Positions 40,168-48,962 of a DNA stretch of 64,000 nucleotides are shown one piece after another. How positions within the stretch are numbered: position 1 is the first letter of the stretch; each line of letters opens with the position of its first letter. Origin of the DNA: Chloroflexota bacterium (GTDB lineage: Bacteria; Chloroflexota; Dehalococcoidia; SM23-28-2; RBG-16-64-32). The DNA lies in NCBI GenBank assembly GCA_037441345.1, contig JBBISJ010000001.1:67660-131659 (forward strand). The letters are read 5' to 3'. The notes beneath the pieces are model-generated. The model searched no databases, was not told the origin of the DNA, and worked only from the letters and a program-made list of their open reading frames with translations. The position numbers and the translations under genes are program-made.

Positions 40168-40305
40168 GGGGTGTGCAGAGGGGCGGAGCCCCTCGCCGGG
40201 GGTTTGGGGGTGTCCCCCAGGCTCATTTCCACCCGTGGGGAGGGGTGGGGCGGGGAACCGGAACTTCGTCTTCCAGTACCCCAATCTACTCAGGAGACAC
40301 TACAC
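40168..40305 (+). repeat. structured repeat copy 3 (5' of DfsB-like gene)
   Basis: GGGGTGTGCAGAGGGGCGGAGCCCC…GGGGGTTTGGGGGTGTCCCCC…CCAATCTACTCAGGAGACACTACAC, ~75% identical to copy 1. Confidence 0.6.
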
Positions 40306-40331
40306 TAGAGAGACACCAGAAAGGTGGCGTT

Positions 40332-40793
40332 ATGAGCCGCATCGATGATCTCCTCGCTGACCTCGAAGCCGCCTTCGCCGAACTGAAGCAGTCGATGGCG
40401 GGACTCACCCACCAGCAATTGCTGGAACGCTGGTTCGGCGAGTGGTGCGTGTACGACATCTGCAGCCACATCATCGGCTGGCACCACGAGATGGACGACG
40501 CGCTTGACCGCATCTCGCGCGGTGAAAGACCGACGCCGGAGGGCGTCGACTACAGCGACGAGGACGCCTGGAACGCGCGGTTCATTGAGACCTGGGTCCA
40601 GTCCAGCGGCGAGGCCGTGCTCCAGGAGCTTGACGTGAGCAAGGACCTCTTCGTCGAGGCGGCCCGCCAGGTGCCAGACGAGAAGTACAAGGAAGGGCGC
40701 GCCGCCTACCGCATTCTCACCGACACCGGCGCCAACCACTACCGGGAACACGCGGCGAACATCCGGGAATGGCGGGAGCGAGTGGGGATATGA
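40332..40793 (+). CDS. DfsB/ClbS-like (DUF1706) four-helix-bundle protein, paralog 1
   Basis: ATG 40332 with AAGGTGG SD; motif CSHIIGWHHEM comparable to ClbS SYLIGW…HWH. Confidence 0.5.
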   Translation: MSRIDDLLADLEAAFAELKQSMAGLTHQQLLERWFGEWCVYDICSHIIGWHHEMDDALDRISRGERPTPEGVDYSDEDAWNARFIETWVQSSGEAVLQELDVSKDLFVEAARQVPDEKYKEGRAAYRILTDTGANHYREHAANIREWRERVGI

Positions 40794-41257
40794 GGGAGAC
40801 CGGCCTCCACCAGCAGCTGGTTGCGATCCTTGACGAGGCTGCGCAGCGGGTCAGCCGGGCGATTGAGGGTCTGACTGACGAGCAAGCATCGCGACCGGCT
40901 GATGACGGCTGGTCTGTGAAGGACCAGCTCACGCACATGACGTTCTGGCACGAGATGCGCTTCTTTGAGATCAGCCGCATCGCCCGTGGCGGGCGCGCGG
41001 CGTTCCCGGACACAGAGGAGAAGTACATCTGGCACGTGAACAACCAGATGGCGGAAAACCGCCGCGGACTCCCACTCTTGCAGGTCATAGCGGACCTGGA
41101 CTTCGCGCGGGAAATGGTGAAGCAGGCGGTAATGGCGGCGCCGGAAGACCGCCTGGACCAGTCGCTGTACGGGGAGATCGGCATCCAGGGAGGGGCGGCC
41201 CACGAGATCGAGCACGCCGGGCTGATCGAGTCCTGGCGCAAGAAGGAAGGCGTATGA
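40789..41257 (+). CDS. DfsB/ClbS-like protein, paralog 2
   Basis: ATGA overlap with paralog 1; shares W-x-V-x-D-x3-H-x3-WHEM-x5-RI motif (WSVKDQLTHMTFWHEM). Confidence 0.5.
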
Positions 41258-41676
41258 TTGACAAGATTCACCACATAGGAATCGCCGTCCATGACCTGGA
41301 CAAGTCGCTGGAGTTCTACCGTGACACGCTCGGCCTCCACGTCCACGCGATGGACACCGTGGAGGACCAGGGCGTCCGCGCCGCTCTCCTGACGATCGGC
41401 GAGAGCGAGATCGAGCTGCTGGAGCCGACCCACCCCGGCGCCAACATGGCGAAGTTCCTCGAACGCAAGGGCGAGGGCCTGCACCACATCTGCTTCCAGA
41501 CTGCCGACGTGGACGGCGAACTGGAAACGCTGAAGGCTAAGGAAGTCGAGCTGGTCGACCAGAAGTCGCGCCTCGGCCTTGCCGGGATGATCTGCTTCCT
41601 CCACCCGAAGGCGAGCCGGGGCGTCCTCGTCGAACTGGCGACCCCGCTGGAGATCTACGAGGGGCCGCGCCCGTAG
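41254..41676 (+). CDS. methylmalonyl-CoA epimerase (VOC/glyoxalase family)
   Basis: IHHIGIAVHDLDKSLEFYRDTLG…HHICF typical MCEE. Confidence 0.75.
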   Translation: MIDKIHHIGIAVHDLDKSLEFYRDTLGLHVHAMDTVEDQGVRAALLTIGESEIELLEPTHPGANMAKFLERKGEGLHHICFQTADVDGELETLKAKEVELVDQKSRLGLAGMICFLHPKASRGVLVELATPLEIYEGPRP

Positions 41677-41709
41677 CCGAGGGCCCCAGCCCTCGGGAGG
41701 AGACCGCTG

Positions 41710-42114
41710 ATGAAACTGAACAAGATAGACCACGTAGTAATCGCGACGAACGACCTGGACGACGCGCTTCGCCTCTGGGAGCGCAACGTGGGCCTGGCGC
41801 CGGACGCCGGCCTCGACCGCCCGCTCGGCGCGGGCTTCAAGGTGGCGCGTCTGCCAATCGGGGACGCCTTCCTTGAGCTGGTGCAGCCGGAAGACCCGGG
41901 CGGCCGCTTCGCCCGGCAGGTCGCCGAGCGCGGCGAGGGTCTGTTCTCGATCAGCGTGCAAGTCGACGGCCTGGACGAGGCCGTGGGGTATCTGCGCGGC
42001 AAAGGCGCGACGGTCTCCGATCCCGAGCCCAGCATCTGGCCGGGGGCGCGCGTGGCGCGAGTGAACGCGGCGTCTGCCCACGGCGTCTCTATCCAGCTCA
42101 TCGAGCGTTCGTAG
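41710..42114 (+). CDS. VOC family protein (second epimerase/glyoxalase-like paralog)
   Basis: IDHVVIATNDLDDALRLWERNVGL…; tandem to 41254 gene. Confidence 0.7.
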   Translation: MKLNKIDHVVIATNDLDDALRLWERNVGLAPDAGLDRPLGAGFKVARLPIGDAFLELVQPEDPGGRFARQVAERGEGLFSISVQVDGLDEAVGYLRGKGATVSDPEPSIWPGARVARVNAASAHGVSIQLIERS

Positions 42115-42121
42115 GCGAAGG

Positions 42122-42769
42122 ATGGGCCGCCTTCTCCGAATTGGCCTGATCGCCGGCGCGATCGCAGCGGGGTACGGCGCAGTGCGCGGCGTCGCCGCCT
42201 GGCGGGAGGAGCGGCGCCGAAAGAACGTCTTTCCGGCGTCGGAGGCGCGGTTCTTGCTCCAGCCGTTGCGCCACCTCGTGATGCCGGTGCGGCGCACGCT
42301 GGAGCGGTTCAAGGTGGGTTCGGGCCGGACGGTGCTCGAAGTTGGGCCGGGGCCGGGCTACTACACGCTCGAAACCGCGTCGATGGTGGGTCCTAAAGGA
42401 CGCGTGATCTGCCTCGACATCCAGCGAGGGATGCTGGAAATCCTCCGTGACCGGCTGGCCGACCGGGGCGTCGGCAACGTTGACCTCATCGTCGCGGACG
42501 CGACGCACCTGCCATTGCGCGAGTCATGCGCCGACACGGCGTTCCTGGTTACAGTCCTCGGCGAAGTGCCCGACCCAGGCGCCGCCCTGCGGGAGCTGCG
42601 GCGTGTAGTGCGCGACGGAGGTCACCTGGGCTTCAGCGAATCGTTCGGAGATCCGGACTACGTGCGTACGGGCACGCTGGAGGCGCTGTGCGCGGGCGTC
42701 GGCTTCCGGGAGGAGCGCCGCTGGCGGGAATTCATGGGCTACACGAGTCGGTTCGTGGCGGCGAATTGA
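42122..42769 (+). CDS. class I SAM-dependent methyltransferase
   Basis: motif I VLEVGPGPGYYTLE. Confidence 0.75.
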   Translation: MGRLLRIGLIAGAIAAGYGAVRGVAAWREERRRKNVFPASEARFLLQPLRHLVMPVRRTLERFKVGSGRTVLEVGPGPGYYTLETASMVGPKGRVICLDIQRGMLEILRDRLADRGVGNVDLIVADATHLPLRESCADTAFLVTVLGEVPDPGAALRELRRVVRDGGHLGFSESFGDPDYVRTGTLEALCAGVGFREERRWREFMGYTSRFVAAN

Positions 42770-42861
42770 GCGAGTTCGTGTAGCCTTGACACCTTCTCCT
42801 GTCCCTTGGTAACCTATCTCTGAAGGAGAAAGTGTACAACGTACACTAACTCAACAGAGAT

Positions 42862-44088
42862 ATGACGATGGTCACGCAGACCCGCCGCGAACCGGTCTTG
42901 ATCGACGAACTCGATGTCCTCAACGAGGCGAACGAGTGCGTGATCGACCGGCCCCTCGACACGAAGCCCCTCTCCACCGAGCACGCCTTCGCCTTCTGGC
43001 AGAAGGACATCCCCGAGGAGTACTGGGACCTCGATGGCGGGCAGCTCCGTGAGCGTATCGCCGCGGCGCGGGCGAAGCTGGGAACGCGGGCGGTGGTGCT
43101 TGGCCATCACTATCAGCGCGAGGACATCATCCAGTTCGCCGACTACCGTGGCGACTCCTTCAACCTCTCCCGCTGGGCCGCCGAGCGCGCCGAGGCCGAG
43201 TTCATCGTCTTCTGCGGCGTCCACTTCATGGCCGAGTCCGCCGCCATCCTCTCGAAGCCGCACCAGAAGGTTGTGCTGCCGAACATGTCCGCCGGCTGCT
43301 CGATGGCCGACATGGCGGACCCGGAGGACGTTTACGCCTGCTGGGACGAGCTGGGGGAGGCCGGCATCATCGGTATCGTCCCCGTCACGTACATGAACTC
43401 CGCCGCCGCGCTGAAGGCGTTCTGCGGAAAGAACGGCGGCATCGTCTGCACGTCCTCCAACGCGCCGAAAGTCTACGACTGGGCGTTCGAGCGCGGCGAG
43501 AAGGTGCTCTTCTTCCCGGACCAGCACCTGGGCCGCAATACGGGCCTCAAGAAGGGCATCCCGCTCGGCGAGATGGTCGTCTGGGACTACACGCTCCCGT
43601 ACGGCTCCCTCGGCGGCAACACCCGCGAGCAGCTTGAGCGCGCAAAGGTGATCCTCTGGCGCGGCTGGTGCTCCGTCCACCGCCGCTTCACGGTGAAGCA
43701 GGTCGAGAAGGCCCGCGCCGAGTACCCCGGCGTAAACGTGATCGTCCATCCGGAGTGCACGATGGAAGTTGTGCAGGCCTCGGACATGGACGGCTCCACC
43801 GAGTTCATCGCCCGCACGATCACCGAAGCCGCGCCCGGCACGGCCTGGGCCGTCGGCACCGAGATCAACCTCGTCTCCCGCCTCGCGCGCGAGAACCCGG
43901 ACAAGACCGTCTTCTGCCTCGACCCTGTGGTCTGCCCCTGCGCCACCATGTACCGCATCCACCCGGCCTACCTCGCCTGGGCGCTGGACGAACTGGCCGC
44001 CGGCCGTATCGTCAACCAGGTCACCGTGGACGACGAGACGGCGCGCTACGCGAAGGTAGCGCTCGAACGCATGCTCAGCGTGCGGTAG
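42862..44088 (+). CDS. nadA: quinolinate synthase (long type)
   Basis: …CGVHFMAESAAIL…VHPEC… Cys ligands for 4Fe-4S. Confidence 0.85.
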   Translation: MTMVTQTRREPVLIDELDVLNEANECVIDRPLDTKPLSTEHAFAFWQKDIPEEYWDLDGGQLRERIAAARAKLGTRAVVLGHHYQREDIIQFADYRGDSFNLSRWAAERAEAEFIVFCGVHFMAESAAILSKPHQKVVLPNMSAGCSMADMADPEDVYACWDELGEAGIIGIVPVTYMNSAAALKAFCGKNGGIVCTSSNAPKVYDWAFERGEKVLFFPDQHLGRNTGLKKGIPLGEMVVWDYTLPYGSLGGNTREQLERAKVILWRGWCSVHRRFTVKQVEKARAEYPGVNVIVHPECTMEVVQASDMDGSTEFIARTITEAAPGTAWAVGTEINLVSRLARENPDKTVFCLDPVVCPCATMYRIHPAYLAWALDELAAGRIVNQVTVDDETARYAKVALERMLSVR

Positions 44089-44103
44089 TAAACTGGAGGC
44101 GAG

Positions 44104-44292
44104 ATGGCGAAGATTCGGGAGACGCTCGACGGTTGGGCGGAGGATTTCTTGCGCCGGCGGAAGCCGCGTACGCCTGAGGAACTCCGAAGGGGACGCGAGG
44201 CGTTCGAGCGTGCGTGGAAGAACCGGCCAAATCTCGATATACGGCCCCTGACGACCAGTCAACTCATCCGCTCCATCCGAGAAGAACACTGA
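44104..44292 (+). CDS. putative antitoxin (62 aa) upstream of PIN gene
   Basis: small basic ORF with SD, position relative to PIN gene; fold not recognisable. Confidence 0.4.
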   Translation: MAKIRETLDGWAEDFLRRRKPRTPEELRRGREAFERAWKNRPNLDIRPLTTSQLIRSIREEH

Positions 44293-44741
44293 TCGACCCG
44301 CCGCGCTACCTGCTCGATAGCTCGGTCATCAGCAAAGTCTTTCTGCTGGACGAGGAATTGGTCGGCGAGACCCGCGCACTGTTCGAAGCCTTCTACTCAG
44401 GCGAAGTGAGCCTGCTAACGCCACCGATCGCTTATTTTGAGGTGGCAAATGCAATTGTGAAGGCGACGCGACAGCACCGAATAACGGTGGAAGCCGGACG
44501 GAGGGCAATCGAGCAGCTGTTTGACCTGGCGATTGAAACGGTCGGCGATGAGTATCCTGAACTGGCTGTCCGGGCCGACTACCCGGTCGCCGAGGAGCTT
44601 AATCGCAGCATTTTCGACAGTGTCTTTCTCGTCGTCGCCAGGGCAATTGATGCCCCCTTCGTCACGGCAGATAGGCCAACCTGGGAAGTAGCGAAGGCTA
44701 ACTTCAACGTAATCTACTTGACTGACCTGCCGATCCTGTGA
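44214..44741 (+). CDS. PIN-domain protein (VapC-like)
   Basis: LLDSSVISKVFLLDE…acidic residues; GTG 44214 gives 79-nt overlap with antitoxin; PIN core begins ~44289 where no canonical start codon exists. Confidence 0.55.
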   Translation: MEEPAKSRYTAPDDQSTHPLHPRRTLIDPPRYLLDSSVISKVFLLDEELVGETRALFEAFYSGEVSLLTPPIAYFEVANAIVKATRQHRITVEAGRRAIEQLFDLAIETVGDEYPELAVRADYPVAEELNRSIFDSVFLVVARAIDAPFVTADRPTWEVAKANFNVIYLTDLPIL

Positions 44742-46312
44742 CCACTTCCTACGACTACGTCATCGTCGGCTCCGGCATCGCCGGCCTCTACGCTGCCATC
44801 CTCGCCCGTGAGCACAGCCTGTCCGCCGGCCGGCGGAGCTCCGTCCTCGTCCTCACCAAGGGCAGCATCGACGACTGCAACACGCGCTGGGCGCAGGGCG
44901 GCATTGCGGCGCCCGTCGGTCCCGGCGACTCGCCGGAAAAGCACCTTCTCGACACGATCGAGGCCGGCGCCGGCCTGGTGGACGTCGAGGCGGCGCGCGT
45001 CCTAACTTCGGAAGCCGCCGACCGCATCAAGGACCTGATCGCCCTCGGCGTCGAGTTCGACACACTCCACGGCGAGGTCGCGCTCGGCATGGAGGGCGCG
45101 CACTCGCAACCGCGCATCCTCCACTCCGGCGGCGACCAGACCGGCGCCCGCATCGAGCTGACGCTTTCGTCGGTCGCGCGCCTCGAAGGCATCACGGTGC
45201 TGGAATACACGATCGCGACCGAGATCACCGTAGGGGCGCGTCATGATGCGCCCCTACGCCGCGCAACCGGTATCCGCGCACTCAACACTCTCACCGGTGA
45301 ATCCGCCGAATACGCCGCCCGCTTCCTGATTCTGGCGACAGGTGGCGCGGGCCAGCTCTACGCCGTATCGACCAACCCCGAGGTCGCCACTGGGGACGGG
45401 ATCGCGCTCGCCTACCGTGCCGGCGCCGAGATCATGGACATGGAGTTCGTCCAGTTCCACCCGACAGCGCTGAAACTGCCCGGCGTCCAGCCGTTCCTCA
45501 TCTCTGAAGCAGTCCGCGGTGAGGGCGGCATCCTGCGGGACATCGCAGGCGAGCGATTCATGCCGGGCTACGACGCGCGCGCCGAGCTTGCCCCCCGCGA
45601 CATCGTCGCCCGCGCCATCATCGACCGGATGCGCCGGACGGACTCCGACCACGTGCTCCTGGACGTGACGCACCTTGAACCCGGCCGCGTCGCGGCCCGG
45701 TTTCCGCAGATCTACCGCTTCTGCTGCGACGCGGGCCTGGACATTGCGCGAGAGCCGATTCCAGTTTCGCCGGCGGCGCACTACACGATGGGCGGCATCC
45801 GCACCAACACCTGGGGCGAGACGACTATCCCCGGCCTCTATGCTGCGGGTGAGTGCGCCTGCACCGGTGTCCACGGCGCCAACCGGCTCGCGTCCAATTC
45901 GCTGCTGGAGACGGTGGTGTTCGCAAAGCGGGTCATCCAGCGCACGGTCGAGTCGCCCGGTACGTCCGCCGAATCGAGCCGGGACGCAATCGACCTTTCC
46001 GCCCCGGAGTCCGCCGAGGCGCCGCCGCCACTGACCCGCGCTGCGCTCCAGGAGCTGATGTGGGGCGACGTCGGCATCGTACGCGATCGCGAGTCGCTCG
46101 CGGGAGCGAAGGCGACCCTGTCGGCGTGGCAGGCCTCCCTGGAGAACCCGCACGACCGGGAGACGCAGGAGCTGGCAGACCTGCTCACGTGCGCCAGGCT
46201 GGTAACCGGGGCTGCCTTGCTGCGCGAGGAGTCGCGCGGCGCGCACTACCGCACGGACTTCCCCGAGCCGCGCGACGAATGGCGGCGGCACCAGGTGTTT
46301 CGGCGCGGATGA
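44738..46312 (+). CDS. nadB: L-aspartate oxidase
   Basis: FAD motif DYVIVGSGIAGL, RGEGG, succinate DH/fumarate reductase flavoprotein C-terminal. Confidence 0.9.
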   Translation: MTTSYDYVIVGSGIAGLYAAILAREHSLSAGRRSSVLVLTKGSIDDCNTRWAQGGIAAPVGPGDSPEKHLLDTIEAGAGLVDVEAARVLTSEAADRIKDLIALGVEFDTLHGEVALGMEGAHSQPRILHSGGDQTGARIELTLSSVARLEGITVLEYTIATEITVGARHDAPLRRATGIRALNTLTGESAEYAARFLILATGGAGQLYAVSTNPEVATGDGIALAYRAGAEIMDMEFVQFHPTALKLPGVQPFLISEAVRGEGGILRDIAGERFMPGYDARAELAPRDIVARAIIDRMRRTDSDHVLLDVTHLEPGRVAARFPQIYRFCCDAGLDIAREPIPVSPAAHYTMGGIRTNTWGETTIPGLYAAGECACTGVHGANRLASNSLLETVVFAKRVIQRTVESPGTSAESSRDAIDLSAPESAEAPPPLTRAALQELMWGDVGIVRDRESLAGAKATLSAWQASLENPHDRETQELADLLTCARLVTGAALLREESRGAHYRTDFPEPRDEWRRHQVFRRG

Positions 46313-46672
46313 GGCAGACCTGAAGGTCTGCGCCTGCGAAAGCGACACCCGCAACTGTGCATTTGTGGACGCTGTGGACAAAGGGATTGGCGCCTTTCCG
46401 GACACACGCGATACTCCCGTCAGCTTCTCGATCCGAGTCGAAGCGACCGGGCGAGGGACTCAAGGGAACAACGGACGGGCGACCGAGACGGACTCCTGAG
46501 AGCCACCCCACCAGTTCCGGGAGCTGCGGTGAGGCCCAGAGGACTGGCCCAGGCCAACGGGGGCAACCCCAATGCCGGGCTCAGACCCGAGGGATCCTCC
46601 TCCCGCGCCGGCGAGTGTCGAGAAGCTTTTCTTTTGCTCCCGGATGGCAAAAGCGGGTCGGCGGCGCAGTCG

Positions 46673-46708
46673 CTATGGATTCCGGCTTTTCGCCGGAATG
46701 ACTGGGGT
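46673..46708. other. conserved 30-nt hairpin element TATGGATTCCGGCTTTTCGCCGGAATGAC, copy 1 (3' of M20 gene)
   Basis: stem TTCCGGC/GCCGGAA; near-identical copy at 48927-48962. Confidence 0.5.
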
Positions 46709-46733
46709 GAGCGCGGGATGACGGCGTGGGCGA

Positions 46734-47900
46734 CTACCGCCGGGCGCCGCCGAAGGCCCGCTTGATGTCGTCCAGGAGCCCCGGCTGCAACGCCACGTCG
46801 ATCCCCGTCATCGCCAGCGCCTGTGCCACCTGCACCATGTTGTTGTGCGCCGAGTCTGTCGCCGAAATCTCCGTGAAGCCGGCCGTGTGGTTTATGGCGA
46901 AGGCGCCGATCTGGAACGTCGGGTGGATTGACGGCACCACCCAGCTCACGTTGCCCATATCGGTGCTGCCTGTGCTCTCCGGCTTGACGGGCAGGAAGCT
47001 GCGGCCCAGGCCTTCCGCGTTTGCCTTGTAGGCCGCTGCCAGCGGCGCGTTGTTATTCATCGGCTCGTAAGTCGTTGTCCACTCCATCTCGATCGTGGTC
47101 CCGCTGGCCTGCGCGCCGGCCTCCAGGCAGGCGATCAGGCGGCGCTTCAGGTCTGCCAGGTAGTCCGGCGTCAGCGCGCGTACCTCGAACTTGCCCACGG
47201 CGCGGTCCGGGATGATGTTGCTGGCCGCTCCGCCGTACAGGATCACCCCCGCCAGTCGCGAGTCGCGGCGGATGTGCTGCCGTAGCTGCGCCACCGCCTG
47301 GTACGCCGACACCAGGCCGTCCAGCGCGTTGACGGCGGTCTCGGGGGCAACCGCCGCGTGGGCGCCACGGCCGCGGTAGGTCACGGTCACCTGCTCCACG
47401 CCGAACATCGGAGGATCGGCGATATCGACGGCGATCGGGTGCGCCATCATCGCCACGTCAACCCCCTCGAAGGCGCCGGCTTCGATCAACATCACCTTGC
47501 CGCCGATATCCTCCTCCGCCGGCGAGCCCAGCGCCACGATCGTGACCTGCGACGGGTCAAGTACCGCCTTCGCCCCGAGTGCGCCCCCGAGGCTGGCCGT
47601 CGCGATCAGGTTGTGGCCGCAGGCGTGTCCGATCTCCGGGAGCGCATCGTATTCCAGGAGGTACGCGATCGTGAGCGGGCCCTCCCCCCACGTGCCCTTG
47701 AACGCCGTCTCGATGCCGTAGGCAGAACGCTCGACCTGGAAGCCGAACCCTTCCAGGCGGTCCGCCAGCAGCTTCGCCGCCCGGTGTTCCTGGAGCGCCA
47801 GCTCCGGGTTCTCATGGATCTCGTGGCTGATCTCCACGAGCGGTCCCTTCGCGGCTGCCACTGCCTGTTTTGCCTTCTCCTTCGCTGTCGTGATGTCCAT
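46734..47900 (-). CDS. M20D family amidohydrolase (aminoacylase/hippurate hydrolase-like)
   Basis: metal ligands in …GHACGHN…, …EEDIGG…, dimerisation domain. Confidence 0.85.
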   Translation of the reverse strand: MDITTAKEKAKQAVAAAKGPLVEISHEIHENPELALQEHRAAKLLADRLEGFGFQVERSAYGIETAFKGTWGEGPLTIAYLLEYDALPEIGHACGHNLIATASLGGALGAKAVLDPSQVTIVALGSPAEEDIGGKVMLIEAGAFEGVDVAMMAHPIAVDIADPPMFGVEQVTVTYRGRGAHAAVAPETAVNALDGLVSAYQAVAQLRQHIRRDSRLAGVILYGGAASNIIPDRAVGKFEVRALTPDYLADLKRRLIACLEAGAQASGTTIEMEWTTTYEPMNNNAPLAAAYKANAEGLGRSFLPVKPESTGSTDMGNVSWVVPSIHPTFQIGAFAINHTAGFTEISATDSAHNNMVQVAQALAMTGIDVALQPGLLDDIKRAFGGARR

Positions 47901-47908
47901 GTCTCTCC

Positions 47909-48862
47909 TTACTTGATCGCCAGCGCGTTTGGCGGCGATCCGACGCCACCCGGCACGTTCAGCGGCGCGGATGTGAAGAGGAACTCGAACACACCGTCGG
48001 CAGCGCAGTCATCGGCCAGGTCCGCCAGCCACCACAGCTCGCCGATCGGCATGCCGAAGTGGGGGATGAGCTTCCAGTGCATGAAGCCGCCGGATGTTTC
48101 TTCCGGAGGCCAGGCCTCGAGCGCCGGATTGTCCGCAGTCACCGCGGCGATGTGCAGGTCCCAGAGATACTCAGCCATCTCCAGCGCTGGGCCGAGGCCG
48201 GGCGCCCGCAGTTGTGAACGGTCGGTTAGCGCCAGGCGCGTCTGCGCAGTCGCTTCCTCCCGGTACCAGCGCAGCCAGCCGGTGTGCACGAGGAGGATGT
48301 CCCCCTCGGCGATCTCCACGCCCTGTTCCCGCCGGCACGCCTCCAGGTCCGCGACCGTGATCGGAGCCGAGGTGAGCTGATCCAGCGGCCGCCCCTGTGC
48401 GCGCAGATAGCGGTCCACGTCCAGCAGCACGCCGCGCCCGGCGATGCCACGGCGGGCGACGTTCTCGATGCCCAGTTTGCCGCCGCCCGCGACGATGTCG
48501 GAGTCCGGGACGCCGTTGTACCAGCCGTCGACCGGATGCCGGATGTGGCGGAGGCTGTCCCACTGGCTCGACGCCTGGGGCCAGAAGTTGTCCAGGTAAT
48601 CGTCGCGGCCGTTTCCGCCCTCGCCGACGATCGTCTGGCGCACCTTTCCGCGGCCGTACAGCGGCGGGTCCGGCTGATCGACCGGCAGGTTCAGAGTAAA
48701 GATCGCTCCTTTGCGCACCAACCGCGCGGCGCTGAGTGTCCGGTCGGGCGTGACGAGGTTCAGTGTCCCGAGCTGGTCATCGGGGCCCCAGACGCCCCAT
48801 GCGGACCCGGCGGGCGCGCCCGGAGTGACGGGGAGGTCGCGGTAGCGGGGCAGGGAGGGCAT
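47909..48862 (-). CDS. cyclase family protein (arylformamidase-like)
   Basis: HxGTHxD-type region DSLRHIRHPVD, cyclase fold length. Confidence 0.75.
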   Translation of the reverse strand: MPSLPRYRDLPVTPGAPAGSAWGVWGPDDQLGTLNLVTPDRTLSAARLVRKGAIFTLNLPVDQPDPPLYGRGKVRQTIVGEGGNGRDDYLDNFWPQASSQWDSLRHIRHPVDGWYNGVPDSDIVAGGGKLGIENVARRGIAGRGVLLDVDRYLRAQGRPLDQLTSAPITVADLEACRREQGVEIAEGDILLVHTGWLRWYREEATAQTRLALTDRSQLRAPGLGPALEMAEYLWDLHIAAVTADNPALEAWPPEETSGGFMHWKLIPHFGMPIGELWWLADLADDCAADGVFEFLFTSAPLNVPGGVGSPPNALAIK

Positions 48863-48926
48863 CGTGGCCGATGTTACAACAAACCCCGCGGATGCGAAGC
48901 GTGAATGTTAGGCGTGTAGGAGTTCG

Positions 48927-48962
48927 CGTTATGGATCCCGGCTTTCGCCGGAATGACGGTGG
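48927..48962. other. conserved hairpin element copy 2 (overlapping stop of GH38 gene)
   Basis: TATGGATCCCGGCTTTCGCCGGAATGACGGTGG. Confidence 0.5.

Noticed and set aside
46430-46530. TPP riboswitch suggested by CUGAGA…ACCCC
   Set aside because: Other conserved TPP elements (GGGGUGC, ACCUGAUCUGG) absent; the region lies between convergent gene ends with nothing to regulate.
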